Origin: an uncultured Anaerolineaceae bacterium
Lineage (GTDB): Bacteria; Chloroflexota; Anaerolineae; Anaerolineales; E44-bin32
DNA length: 55,326 bases
Reading direction: 5' to 3'
Assembly (NCBI GenBank): GCA_964513155.1
Contig: CAZEMA010000004.1
Span: 5,284 to 60,609 of the forward strand
The translations under genes and the position numbers were made by a program. This document shows positions 8,391 through 17,175 of the stretch, one piece after another. The notes under the pieces were generated by a model, which made no database searches, had not been told where the DNA came from, and saw only the letters and a list, made by a program, of their open reading frames with translations. The stretch's first letter is position 1, and every line of letters begins with the position of its first letter.

Positions 8391-9419
8391 CTACCACCAG
8401 ACGCGGAAGGAATCCTCGGCCGAGGCCTCTATGTCCTCGAAGACGACGGAGAACTCGAGGACCACGCTGCTTCCCGGTGGCACGTCCGTGTAGCCCAGGG
8501 TCAGCCGACTCAAGCCTTGCTCGTCGGTGACCGGCATGACGACCGTCCGGTCCCCGCCCGGGAAACGGGCGGTCAGCACAACGGCCGCGCCGTGGACCGG
8601 CGCCAGGTTCTGGTCACGCACGAGAACGAACACTCGCTGCGCGCCTTCGGAAGCGGAGATGGATTCCCATACAGAGGAGGATAGGCGGAGTTCTGTCACC
8701 TGGTAGAGATCCGGGTCGGGGGGCGGCACTGCGCGGAGCAACGCCGGATCGAAGCCCATGGCCGCAAAGTGCACCCGGCCGAGAGCCCCCACTCGAACCC
8801 GGTCCCCGCTGGCGTCTTCCGGGCGCCAATCCAGCCGGAGGTTCTGGAAGTACTGGACGATCCGGCCGTTCTCGAGGGTGAACTCCGAGATGGGGAAGCC
8901 AAACAGCGAGGGACCGCCGTGGGCCAGAAAGAACTCCTCGAAGGCGTAGCAGACGCTGTGGCCCGATTCGCGGTAGAAGCGGCAGCCTCGGCTCACGCCC
9001 AATGGGCCGGCATCCCACGGGGGCTGCCAGCCGCCTACGGCCTCCCCCAGCGCGCTCAATCGGACCGAGGCCGCACTGCCTGACGAGGCAGGAGCCAACT
9101 CCAGCCGCGCGTTCTCCGTGTACTGGATCAACCATCCGCTGCCGGGTTCCACGAAAGCCTCGGTGATCGGGTAGCCGAGAATCTCCAGGCCTCCGTGCTC
9201 GTCGAAGTAGGCCACAAACTCAGGTGCCAGGGTGTGACCGGTCTCCGCGTAGTATCTCCCGCCCCCGCCCGCCGAGACGGCGGCCGGCGCGTCACCAAAC
9301 TCAGCTGCCAGGGTGTGACCGGTCTCCGCGTAGTATCTCCCGCCCCCGCCCGCCGAGACGGCGGGTGGTGCGGCAACTAGGGCAAGGAGGACGAGAGCTA
9401 CCCCAACGATGCGTCTCAT
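8391..9419 (-). CDS. Secreted repeat protein of unknown function
   Basis: MRRIVGVALVLLALVAAPPAVSA is a signal peptide starting at the Met at 9419. Repeats of the Y(Y/F)xE(T/S)GHx..F..(Y/F)...GG....G(Y/F)PI(T/S)E type follow. The C-terminus looks like a beta-sandwich domain. Confidence 0.6.
   Translation of the reverse strand: MRRIVGVALVLLALVAAPPAVSAGGGGRYYAETGHTLAAEFGDAPAAVSAGGGGRYYAETGHTLAPEFVAYFDEHGGLEILGYPITEAFVEPGSGWLIQYTENARLELAPASSGSAASVRLSALGEAVGGWQPPWDAGPLGVSRGCRFYRESGHSVCYAFEEFFLAHGGPSLFGFPISEFTLENGRIVQYFQNLRLDWRPEDASGDRVRVGALGRVHFAAMGFDPALLRAVPPPDPDLYQVTELRLSSSVWESISASEGAQRVFVLVRDQNLAPVHGAAVVLTARFPGGDRTVVMPVTDEQGLSRLTLGYTDVPPGSSVVLEFSVVFEDIEASAEDSFRVWW
9216..9364. repeat. In-frame tandem duplication, period 81 bp (27 aa), inside the secreted repeat protein gene
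   Basis: Positions 9216-9283 and 9297-9364 are identical apart from one mismatch (9224 g / 9305 c). Both copies encode VSAGGGGRYYAETGHTLA. Confidence 0.9.
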
Positions 9420-9594
9420 TTCGGTCACTCGCCTTGTCATTATAGGAACCTGCAACCGGGGCGCAAGGTAGCGGTCAGAGGACGGTGGGACCAGCTCGGA
9501 ACGGCCGACTGTCTTTGACAGGGGGCGATGGCTCGGCGCAGCTGCGGGCATGGATCCCCCTCGCGGCATGGAGGATCTACCCGCCTTCCACGCT

Positions 9595-10512
9595 TCAGTC
9601 TGTCCGCCCGGTGCGCATCCGGCAGTAGGAATCGTAGCGCTCCGGACTGATAAGGCCCTCGCCGACGGCAGCGATCACGGCGCATCCCGGCTCATGCACG
9701 TGGGTGCAGTCGCTGAACGCGCACTCAGCCACCAGGTCCCGCATCTCGGGGAAGTAGGCGTCCAACTCTTCCGGCTCGATGTCCCACAAGCTGAGCGCCT
9801 TGAGACCGGGCGTATCGGCCACGTAGCCTCCGCCGTCGAGGGCGAGCAGCTCGGGCACAACGGTCGAATGATGGCCCTTCCGCGTTTGGCGCCGGATCTC
9901 GTGCGTGCGCAACCCGAGCCCTGGCTGGAGGGCGTTGAGCAGGCAGGATTTGCCCACGCCCGAAGGTCCAGCCAGCACGGTCAGCTTGCCAGTCAGGGCA
10001 CGTTTGAAAGCGCGGAGTCCCTTCCCGGTCGTGGCCGAGGTATAGAGGACCGGGTAGCCAAGCCGATCATACTCGCCGAACTCCTGGCGAGCGCTGCGCG
10101 GCTCTACCAGGTCAAGCTTGTTGGCGCAGATGAGGGCGGGAAGGTTCTGCCGTTCGGCCGCGACCAGAAACCGGTCCAGCATGCGGAAGTTGGGATCCGG
10201 GTCGGCGCAGGCAAAGACGAACATGGCCTGGTCAGGGTTGGCCACGATGACCTGTTCGGCTTCGCGTCGGGGCGAGGGTGCCCGACGAGAAAGGACCCGT
10301 TGGCGGGGCTCGATCTTCTCGAGGATCCCCGTGCCGTCCTCAAGCAGACGGACCTGCACACGGTCGCCCACGGCGGCGACATCGGTGTCCCGCCGCGTCC
10401 GCTTGAGGCGGCCGCGCAAGTGGGCAACGACCGGGCCTTGCTCGGTCTGGACAGTCAAAAACCCAGATTGGGCACGGATGATCAGACCAGGAAGGATGCT
10501 CTCGTTCGGCAC
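9595..10512 (-). CDS. rsgA: Ribosome small-subunit biogenesis GTPase RsgA (YjeQ)
   Basis: The protein has an N-terminal OB-fold, the circularly permuted GTPase motifs NKLDL...GPSGVGKSCLLNAL, and a C-terminal zinc knuckle (CAFSDCTHVHEPGCAV). Confidence 0.9.
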   Translation of the reverse strand: MPNESILPGLIIRAQSGFLTVQTEQGPVVAHLRGRLKRTRRDTDVAAVGDRVQVRLLEDGTGILEKIEPRQRVLSRRAPSPRREAEQVIVANPDQAMFVFACADPDPNFRMLDRFLVAAERQNLPALICANKLDLVEPRSARQEFGEYDRLGYPVLYTSATTGKGLRAFKRALTGKLTVLAGPSGVGKSCLLNALQPGLGLRTHEIRRQTRKGHHSTVVPELLALDGGGYVADTPGLKALSLWDIEPEELDAYFPEMRDLVAECAFSDCTHVHEPGCAVIAAVGEGLISPERYDSYCRMRTGRTD

Positions 10513-10516
10513 GGGC

Positions 10517-12763
10517 TTACTGGGGCGAGGGCGTTGGCGTTTCGGTGGCAGCGCCCTCCGGTCCCTCGGTCGGCGTGGGCGTGCGCGTCACGCCGATCGC
10601 TGCCTCCCAGGGATAGAGTGATCGCGGGCCTCCGAAGAAGTAGCACTCGACCACTCGGCGGAAGATCGGCGCCGCCCACTCCGAACCTTCCCCCTGGTAC
10701 TCGACTAGGACGACGACCGCGATGTCCGGCTTGTCCTGACGGTCCTCGAAGGTGTAGCCGGTGAACCAGGCGTGCGGATATTCGGAACCGCTCTCCGCCG
10801 TCCCCGTCTTGCCAGCGATGTTGATGTCCAGCCCAAGGAACCGGCGGCGGGCCGTGCCTTGGTCCGCGCGGATGACCTGCACCATCGCCGCTTGGATGGT
10901 CTGCAGGTTCTCGGGGCTGACGGGCAGAGTCCCTTGGACCAGAGGCGCCCCCTGGTAGGTGGGCCCGCCGGTGGCCCCCTGGATATGGTCGATGAGATAA
11001 GGCCGGTAGAGGGTTCCGCCATTGCCCACGGCGGCCGTGAAACGCGCCACCTGGAGCGGGGTCACGTTAAGTGAGGCCTGGCCAATCGCCAGCTGCACCG
11101 AGTCCCCGGGTGCCCATTCCGTCCCCGTGTTCTGGAGCTTCCACTCGGGGTCAGGGACCAACCCGGGCCAGTCGCCAATCTCGAGGCCAGTGGCAGCGCC
11201 CAGGCCGAAGCCCCGAGCCATGTCGGGAAGCGCCGTCGGCATGCCCAGGTTGAAGAGATCCAGGCCAATGTGCCAGAAGTAGGGATTGCAGGAGCGCTCA
11301 AGCCCCTCCATCAGCGTGATCTCGCCGTGGGCCGCCCGATCGTGAGTCACCGTCCAGTCGTAAAGGGTCACGCCTGGCAGCTCCGTGAACTCGCCGTTAC
11401 AGGTGTAGAGCGAGTCGGGAGAATAGTACCCAGACTGGAGCGCAGCGGACATGGTGATGATCTTGAACACCGAGCCGAGGGGGTAGCCGCTGCGGCCCGA
11501 GCCGGTCGCCCGGTTGATGAGCGGTTGATTGGGGTCGGCGAGCACATCACCCAGAATCTGCCAATTGGGGTTGGCCGTGTCGAAGAGGTTCGGGTCGAAA
11601 CCGGGCGAAGAGACCATGGCCAGGACGGCGCCGGTGTCCCGCTGCAGAACGACGATCGCGCCGTTGAACCCGGAGATCGCCTGCTGCGCCTGGAGCTGCA
11701 AGTCCCTGTCGATCGTTGTGTACAGGGCCTGAGGTGGCTCCGCCTCGCGCGAGGCCAGGGGGGTGCCCACGATCTGGCCGGCAGGGTCGGTGAGGTAGAG
11801 CGTACCGCCGGGCTGGCCCCGTAGCGCCTCCTCGTAGATCAGCTCCAGCCCCGTCTGGCCGACGAATTCATCCCCGGCGTAGCCGCGCGCCTGGTAGTCT
11901 TGAAGCTGGTCCTGCTGGATCTGGGCGACGTAGCCAACTGTCTGCGGGCCGAGCCCGCCCGCCGGGTAGTAGCGGGTGGAGTACACCTCCCACCCCACGC
12001 CACCCACCGCCGTCAGCGTGCCTTCGACCGCCTGGAAATCCTCCAGCGCAACTTCGCCCAGGGGGACCCGCCAGTCCGGCAGGGCGTACTCGTACAGGGC
12101 CTGGATCGAGTCCGGGCGGCGGCCAAGGAGACGTCCCAGCGTGCTCAGCATGGTCGCTTCGGCATCCTCGTTCCCGATCATGCCGGGCACGATCCACAGG
12201 GCAACGGCGTCGGTTTGGGCAGCCAGGGCCAGGCCGTTCCGGTCGTAGATGTTGGCCCGGGTCAGGGTTTCAAAGGAGAGGTAGAGGCCATTCCCGCCAG
12301 CGAGCTCCGGTAGGATGGCCGTCTCCGTCCAGGCCACCCGCCAGTCACCTTCCACCAGCGTCAGGTTCATGGTCGTCTCGCGAACCACATCGCCAACGAC
12401 GGAGCTGTGCAGGGTGAGACGATAGGCTACCTGGGCCGCCCGGGGGTTAACCAGGGAGGCCACGATCTCGTAGTCCACGCTGCTCACCGCCGCCCCGGTC
12501 CGGACCCCTTCGTAGCGGGCGGTGAAGTCCTCGAGGGTCATGGCGTCCTGCGTGAGCGGGCTGAGCATGGCATACATGGCCTCGTAGTCCCACTGCTTCC
12601 AGGCATCGAGGAAGCGGCCGACAGCGATCTCGGGATCTGGCGCCGAGACCGTCGTCACACCCGGCCCGGGCAAGGTGGGACTGGCTACGGGCGTTCGAGG
12701 CCCCGCCAGCGAGCAACCAGCCGCGAGCACGGTCAAGATCAGGTAGCCAACTCTTCGTCTCAA
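10517..12763 (-). CDS. Class-B penicillin-binding protein (transpeptidase) with N-terminal NTF2-like domain; lipoprotein signal
   Basis: The lipobox is LAAGCS and the SxxK active site is GSVFKIIT. The overall architecture is PBP2-like. A TTG start overlaps the maf stop (TTGA). Confidence 0.85.
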   Translation of the reverse strand: MRRRVGYLILTVLAAGCSLAGPRTPVASPTLPGPGVTTVSAPDPEIAVGRFLDAWKQWDYEAMYAMLSPLTQDAMTLEDFTARYEGVRTGAAVSSVDYEIVASLVNPRAAQVAYRLTLHSSVVGDVVRETTMNLTLVEGDWRVAWTETAILPELAGGNGLYLSFETLTRANIYDRNGLALAAQTDAVALWIVPGMIGNEDAEATMLSTLGRLLGRRPDSIQALYEYALPDWRVPLGEVALEDFQAVEGTLTAVGGVGWEVYSTRYYPAGGLGPQTVGYVAQIQQDQLQDYQARGYAGDEFVGQTGLELIYEEALRGQPGGTLYLTDPAGQIVGTPLASREAEPPQALYTTIDRDLQLQAQQAISGFNGAIVVLQRDTGAVLAMVSSPGFDPNLFDTANPNWQILGDVLADPNQPLINRATGSGRSGYPLGSVFKIITMSAALQSGYYSPDSLYTCNGEFTELPGVTLYDWTVTHDRAAHGEITLMEGLERSCNPYFWHIGLDLFNLGMPTALPDMARGFGLGAATGLEIGDWPGLVPDPEWKLQNTGTEWAPGDSVQLAIGQASLNVTPLQVARFTAAVGNGGTLYRPYLIDHIQGATGGPTYQGAPLVQGTLPVSPENLQTIQAAMVQVIRADQGTARRRFLGLDINIAGKTGTAESGSEYPHAWFTGYTFEDRQDKPDIAVVVLVEYQGEGSEWAAPIFRRVVECYFFGGPRSLYPWEAAIGVTRTPTPTEGPEGAATETPTPSPQ

Positions 12764-13437
12764 GGTTCACCCCTCAGTATCCGGCGGTGCACACGGCAGA
12801 GGTAGCCTGTGTGCGCCTGGCAGACTGCAGGTACATCCTCCGGCCAGTGACGGTGCAGGGCCCGCAAGCTCCGCGCCAGATGGCACAACGGCAAACCCAT
12901 GACGTTGGCATAGCACCCGTCTAGCCGGTCGACCGCCACCGGCCGGAAGCCGTTGTCTTGAATCCCATAGGCGCCGGCCTTGTCCATCGGTTCACCCGAG
13001 GCAATGTAGGCAGCCACCTCATCGTCATTGTAGTTGCGCATGGGAACCCGCGTCTCGCACACGTCGACTACCTCGGTTCCCGTCTCACCATCGATCAAAG
13101 CCAGGCCTGTGATGACCTGATGATTGATACCCCTTAGCTGGGCCAACATGCGCGCGGCCTCGGCCGCATCGGCGGGCTTGCCCAGCAGGTTCTCGCCGTC
13201 GACGACAACCGTGTCGGCACCCAGCGACAGCGAGCCCGGCCTCGAGCCGGCAGCCGCTCTCGCCTTGGCGAGCCCCAGCCGTCGGGCCATCGCAATCGCA
13301 AGCTCCCCCGGCGCGGGCGATTCGTCCACCCCGACGGGAAGCACTTCGGCCATACCCCCAATCCACGCGAGCATCTCCCGTCGGCGAGGCGAGGCAGAGG
13401 CAAGCGTCAGGGCAAAGGTCGGTGAACCGGCGTGCAC
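12760..13437 (-). CDS. maf: Maf-like nucleoside triphosphate pyrophosphatase
   Basis: LTLASASPRRREML is the signature N-terminus, with GAYGIQD near the C-terminus. I chose the GTG at 13437, preceded by GAGGG, over the longer 13542 start. Confidence 0.75.
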   Translation of the reverse strand: MHAGSPTFALTLASASPRRREMLAWIGGMAEVLPVGVDESPAPGELAIAMARRLGLAKARAAAGSRPGSLSLGADTVVVDGENLLGKPADAAEAARMLAQLRGINHQVITGLALIDGETGTEVVDVCETRVPMRNYNDDEVAAYIASGEPMDKAGAYGIQDNGFRPVAVDRLDGCYANVMGLPLCHLARSLRALHRHWPEDVPAVCQAHTGYLCRVHRRILRGEP

Positions 13438-13970
13438 CTGCACCCTCAGGCGGCGGATGCGAGCAGGGATTCGACACTGCTCCGGGCTCGCCTCCGGCCA
13501 ACTCGAGCCCCCCTCCGTCGCCAGACGGAAGCCGGGCCACATACGAACGAGGATTCTAACATAGCCAATGCCTGTTCCCCGATGACGGTCGAAACCAGCC
13601 CGCCTCGAGAGGTGCTGCCCAGGGGATGGGGCACCGGGCGGGTTTGTCGGCCCTCGCCAGTCGAACTGGGTGTCCTATGTTAGAATGGTCTTGGCGGATG
13701 GTCCGCCCAGAGGTCCACCATGCACCCCTTATCGGTGAGTGCGCGTCTCCTGCTCATCCTCCTGGACACTCTCTCCTTTCTCCTCTACCTGGCGCTGGTT
13801 GGGCACAACTTGGTAACACGGATTCTGCGCCGGCGGCACGGGCACCGAGACTGAGGCCGGGAGCCGTACCTCCCCGTCCGATCCGCCTCTTCGCCACACT
13901 CGAGCCGCCCTCCCCTACCTGGCCACGGGGCTGGGGGTCCTGGTCCTAGAAGACCGTCTCCCCGGAGAAG

Positions 13971-14027
13971 AGAATTCATCTATGTGGTGGTTGGGGCTTC
14001 GCCCCAACCACCACATAGATGAATTCT
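13971..14027. repeat. Perfect 27-bp stem / 3-nt loop palindromic intergenic element
   Basis: agaattcatctatgtggtggttggggc-ttc-gccccaaccaccacatagatgaattct. The right arm and its flank (14003-14042) recur at 45730-45769. Confidence 0.9.
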
Positions 14028-14107
14028 TACCTGGAAGCAGGGAGACGGTGCAGGCCTTGAGCCTCCTCAGGCCGCGCTCCGGTTGCCTGGTGCAGTGATC
14101 TTGACCG

Positions 14108-14725
14108 TCAAGCGCTCTCCTCCAGCAAAGCACGCAGGTCGGCGAGTATCTGTGGGGTCGACTGGAAGCGGATGGCGTGCATGCCGATGGCTTTGGCCCC
14201 GGCGACATTGGCCTCGAGATCGTCCACGAAGACCGACTCCTGCGGTTGTACGCCCAGCCTCGACAGTGCCAACTCGTAGATCCGAGCATCTGGCTTTGCC
14301 AGGTGTTCCTCGGCTGAGATCACCAACACGTCGAATGCGTCGGCGATGTGCCATCTGGTCTCCAGGTAGTGGCGGGCAATGTCCCAGGCATTGGTGATCA
14401 TACCGGTCTTGCGTGCCGGCCGCAGGGAACGGATGTAGTCCATCAGCACCTGGTCAATCCTGTCTTCAGTGAAGAAGTCGCGCACAAACGCGTCTCGCTC
14501 GATCTGCGGAAGGCCAAGTCGCTCCAGAACCCACGTCCAGACGTCCTCCGTGGTCATCTCGCCCACGGTCGCCCGCAGGCTGGCCTCGCTGTCGAAGACA
14601 ATCCGGCCGAGCTCCCCGCGTGGCAGGCCCAGCCGATCCTCCAACTGGATACGGCTGCTCTGGTCTTCGGTCCGAAGCAGCACGCCCCCTAGGTCCCACA
14701 GCACCGCACGGATGGTCATCCTCAT
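14108..14725 (-). CDS. HAD-superfamily hydrolase/phosphatase
   Basis: The N-terminus AVLWDLGGVLL is HAD motif I-like. The C-terminal VFVDDLEANVAGAKAIGM is HAD motif IV-like. Confidence 0.75.
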   Translation of the reverse strand: MRMTIRAVLWDLGGVLLRTEDQSSRIQLEDRLGLPRGELGRIVFDSEASLRATVGEMTTEDVWTWVLERLGLPQIERDAFVRDFFTEDRIDQVLMDYIRSLRPARKTGMITNAWDIARHYLETRWHIADAFDVLVISAEEHLAKPDARIYELALSRLGVQPQESVFVDDLEANVAGAKAIGMHAIRFQSTPQILADLRALLEESA

Positions 14726-14809
14726 CTCCTCGCGCTTTGGGGCACCCGCGGCCGTATCCTGAGGCCGCTGCCCTGCGACTTCCGCTCGATTCCCGTCGGC
14801 CCATCGGCC

Positions 14810-14932
14810 TCAATCCAAACGCTTGCGGTAGAAGGTCCACCGCATGGCGGGCCGGTAGCCCAGATTCTCATACAGGCGCAGGGCGCCGGTTCTGTTGTCC
14901 GCGTCGACCGTCCAGCGAAACCCGAAGCCCAC
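14810..14932 (-). pseudogene. Orphan C-terminal fragment of a GNAT acetyltransferase
   Basis: The minus-strand translation VGFGFRWTVDADNRTGALRLYENLGYRPAMRWTFYRKRLD* is a typical GNAT C-terminal N..A..LYE.LG(F/Y) motif. No N-terminal part exists. The frame runs into the 3' end of hom in another frame. Confidence 0.4.
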
Positions 14933-14961
14933 GAGGAGCCTGGACTGCCGGGACGAGTCCT

Positions 14962-16023
14962 TCAGCCTCTCACTGCGTTGAGCAGGTCGGCTAGCAGACC
15001 ATAGGCGGTGGTCTCGGGCCCGGGATTCTCCTCCACCAGGGTGAGCCCAGGGAGGACATCCGCGTGGAAGGTAACGGCGGAGGAAGTCCCCATCACACCG
15101 AAGAGCGGATCGCCAACCTCGACCTCTTCCGGCCGGACGCTAGCCCTCACGCCCTCCGGGGTGCGTTCGGCCTGGCAGACGAGCTTCCAGCGTCTGCCTG
15201 CGGCCCGGGCCGCGGCGACGACCTCGGCTGTCAGCCCTTCGATGCCCTGGCGCTCCACCTGCTCCGGCTTGAGAGGCGTGTCCATGAGAACGGTCGCCAG
15301 CGCGGCCACCTTGACGGCCGCATCCCAGCCCAGGACGTCGCCCCGGGGGTCGGTCTCGGTCACGCCAATCGACTGAGCATAGGCCAGGGCGTTCTTGAAG
15401 CTCTGGCCTTCCTCCATGCGGGTCAAGATCAGATTGGTGGTCGAGTTGAGGATCCCGCGGAAGGAGAGCAAGCGCGCCCCGGGCAGGGCCTCCCGCCACA
15501 AGGAGAAGACCGGAGCCCCGTCCATGACCGCCGATTCGAAATAGAAGCAGCGGGCGTGCCTCCGCGCCAGGTCCGTCAGAAGCTGGTAGGCGTGGACCAC
15601 AGGGCCCTTGTTGGCAGTGATGGCGTGCATGCCCGATTCGAGCGCGGTGCGAAGATAATCGACCGCCGGCTGTCCTGTCTCGTAGTTGACCGGCGTGGTT
15701 TCGAACAGGACATCCGCTCGGCAAGCCCGCACGAAGGCGGCGCCGTCGCCGGGATCGGGAAGCTCGGAGAGGTTCGCAAGAGATCGACCCGACCGGCTCA
15801 GTTCAGACGCCCGCTCAAGGCTGATTCCCCTGGGATCGATGGCCGTCCCGTGGCTGCCCGTGGCGATGCCCACGACCCGCCACTCGAGGCCATATCGCCG
15901 ACTCAATTCCTCCCGTTTTGCCACCAGCAGGCGAGCGAAGGCGCGGCCAACATTGCCGAAGCCAAGCAGGGCCAGATCACAGAAGCGTGTGTCCATAGGC
16001 ACTTGGTCTGCGATAGAACGCAT
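14962..16023 (-). CDS. hom: Homoserine dehydrogenase (short form, no ACT domain)
   Basis: LALLGFGNVGRAF is the NAD(P) fold. GILNSTTNLILTRM...AQSIGVTETDPRGDVLGWDAAVKVAALA is the catalytic-domain signature. The start is at Met 16023 or 15996. Confidence 0.8.
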   Translation of the reverse strand: MRSIADQVPMDTRFCDLALLGFGNVGRAFARLLVAKREELSRRYGLEWRVVGIATGSHGTAIDPRGISLERASELSRSGRSLANLSELPDPGDGAAFVRACRADVLFETTPVNYETGQPAVDYLRTALESGMHAITANKGPVVHAYQLLTDLARRHARCFYFESAVMDGAPVFSLWREALPGARLLSFRGILNSTTNLILTRMEEGQSFKNALAYAQSIGVTETDPRGDVLGWDAAVKVAALATVLMDTPLKPEQVERQGIEGLTAEVVAAARAAGRRWKLVCQAERTPEGVRASVRPEEVEVGDPLFGVMGTSSAVTFHADVLPGLTLVEENPGPETTAYGLLADLLNAVRG

Positions 16024-16259
16024 TGGATCGCGGCGCAACGGTACACGAGGACGCGGGCAGTTGTCAAGCACCTCGCCTGGCACGGGCTCTCGCAACAGCA
16101 CGCTCGAGCTCCGAAGCCAATGGGCGGCGCGGTTCCCAACCGCGGTTCCCCCAGCGTGCGAGTGTGCTCTGAGCAGTGTCTCTTGTCGGATTCGGCAACT
16201 TGATTGCAGATAGTTGCCGTTCACGACGGTTTCCGCTATACTCTATGCACCTCCGAGCA

Positions 16260-16841
16260 ATGCGAGAAAAGGCCCCATTCATGGCGGCAATCGCTCCCCT
16301 CGACAAGCGGATCGTGGATCTGTTGATGGAAGATGGCCGCATGCCCTGCGCGGAGCTCGCGCGTCGCATTGGCGACGTCTCCGAGCGAACGGTCCGCTAT
16401 CGGCTTGACCGGATGGTTCGGCAAGGGCTCCTGCGACTGGTGGCGATTCCGAACCCTAAGGCTCTCGGCTACTCCGTGATCGCCGACGTGTTCCTGGAGG
16501 TCGAGCCAGGGGCCATCCTCGAGGTTGCTCGCAAAATGGCGGAGTATGAGTGCGTATCCTATGTTGGGTGCTCGATGGGGGACGTCGACGTAAGCATCCA
16601 GGTTGTGGCCCACGACAATGACGAGGTCTACGCCTTTGTCACCGAAGTGGTGGCCAATGTCCCTGGGGTCCGCAAGACCACGACCTTGATCGTTCCCAGG
16701 ATCGTCAAAGACGTCTACCAATGGCAAATACCGCCCTCGGCTTGCACCGACGCCGCCGTCGCCACGGTTCGCCAGATTGAGATGCCGCAAGAGAGCCGGC
16801 CGGCAGCGAGCTCTCCTTTGCTGCCGGCGCGGCGCCAGTGA
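16260..16841 (+). CDS. Lrp/AsnC-family transcriptional regulator
   Basis: LDKRIVDLLMEDGRMPCAELARRIGDVSERTVRYRLDRMVRQGLL is the HTH, followed by a RAM-like domain. The gene is divergent from hom. The start is ambiguous (16245, 16260 or 16281). Confidence 0.8.
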   Translation: MREKAPFMAAIAPLDKRIVDLLMEDGRMPCAELARRIGDVSERTVRYRLDRMVRQGLLRLVAIPNPKALGYSVIADVFLEVEPGAILEVARKMAEYECVSYVGCSMGDVDVSIQVVAHDNDEVYAFVTEVVANVPGVRKTTTLIVPRIVKDVYQWQIPPSACTDAAVATVRQIEMPQESRPAASSPLLPARRQ

Positions 16842-17175
16842 AAGTCTGCTGCGGTCGCAGACCGTCCGCTGATACCAGGGTCGGCTTCTCGCAGGCGGAA
16901 GCTCACTGAGACTTCCCCTCGCGTCCGGGAAACCTCTCTCGGTGAGGAGTCCGGCGCCTGCCCCGGTCGAGCATGGCGCGTCGCCGTGACCGACAATGGG
17001 CTGCCACGAGGGCGACATGGGTGTCGCTTGACGACGGTGGCCTCGATGCGGTGCTTTCCATCCTTGGGGTGCAGCCTTTACCCTATCGGTGAACCAGGGT
17101 CAATGAGTTGCTGCGAGTGTGCCGCCCTGACGGCAGAACCGGGCTGACTCTCGGCATGCAAGGCGGAGGTGTCAC

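Noticed and set aside
9216-9364. Direct repeats that could be mistaken for a mini CRISPR or VNTR array.
   Set aside because: There are only two copies, contiguous and with no spacers. They are in frame inside a CDS and encode a duplicated peptide.
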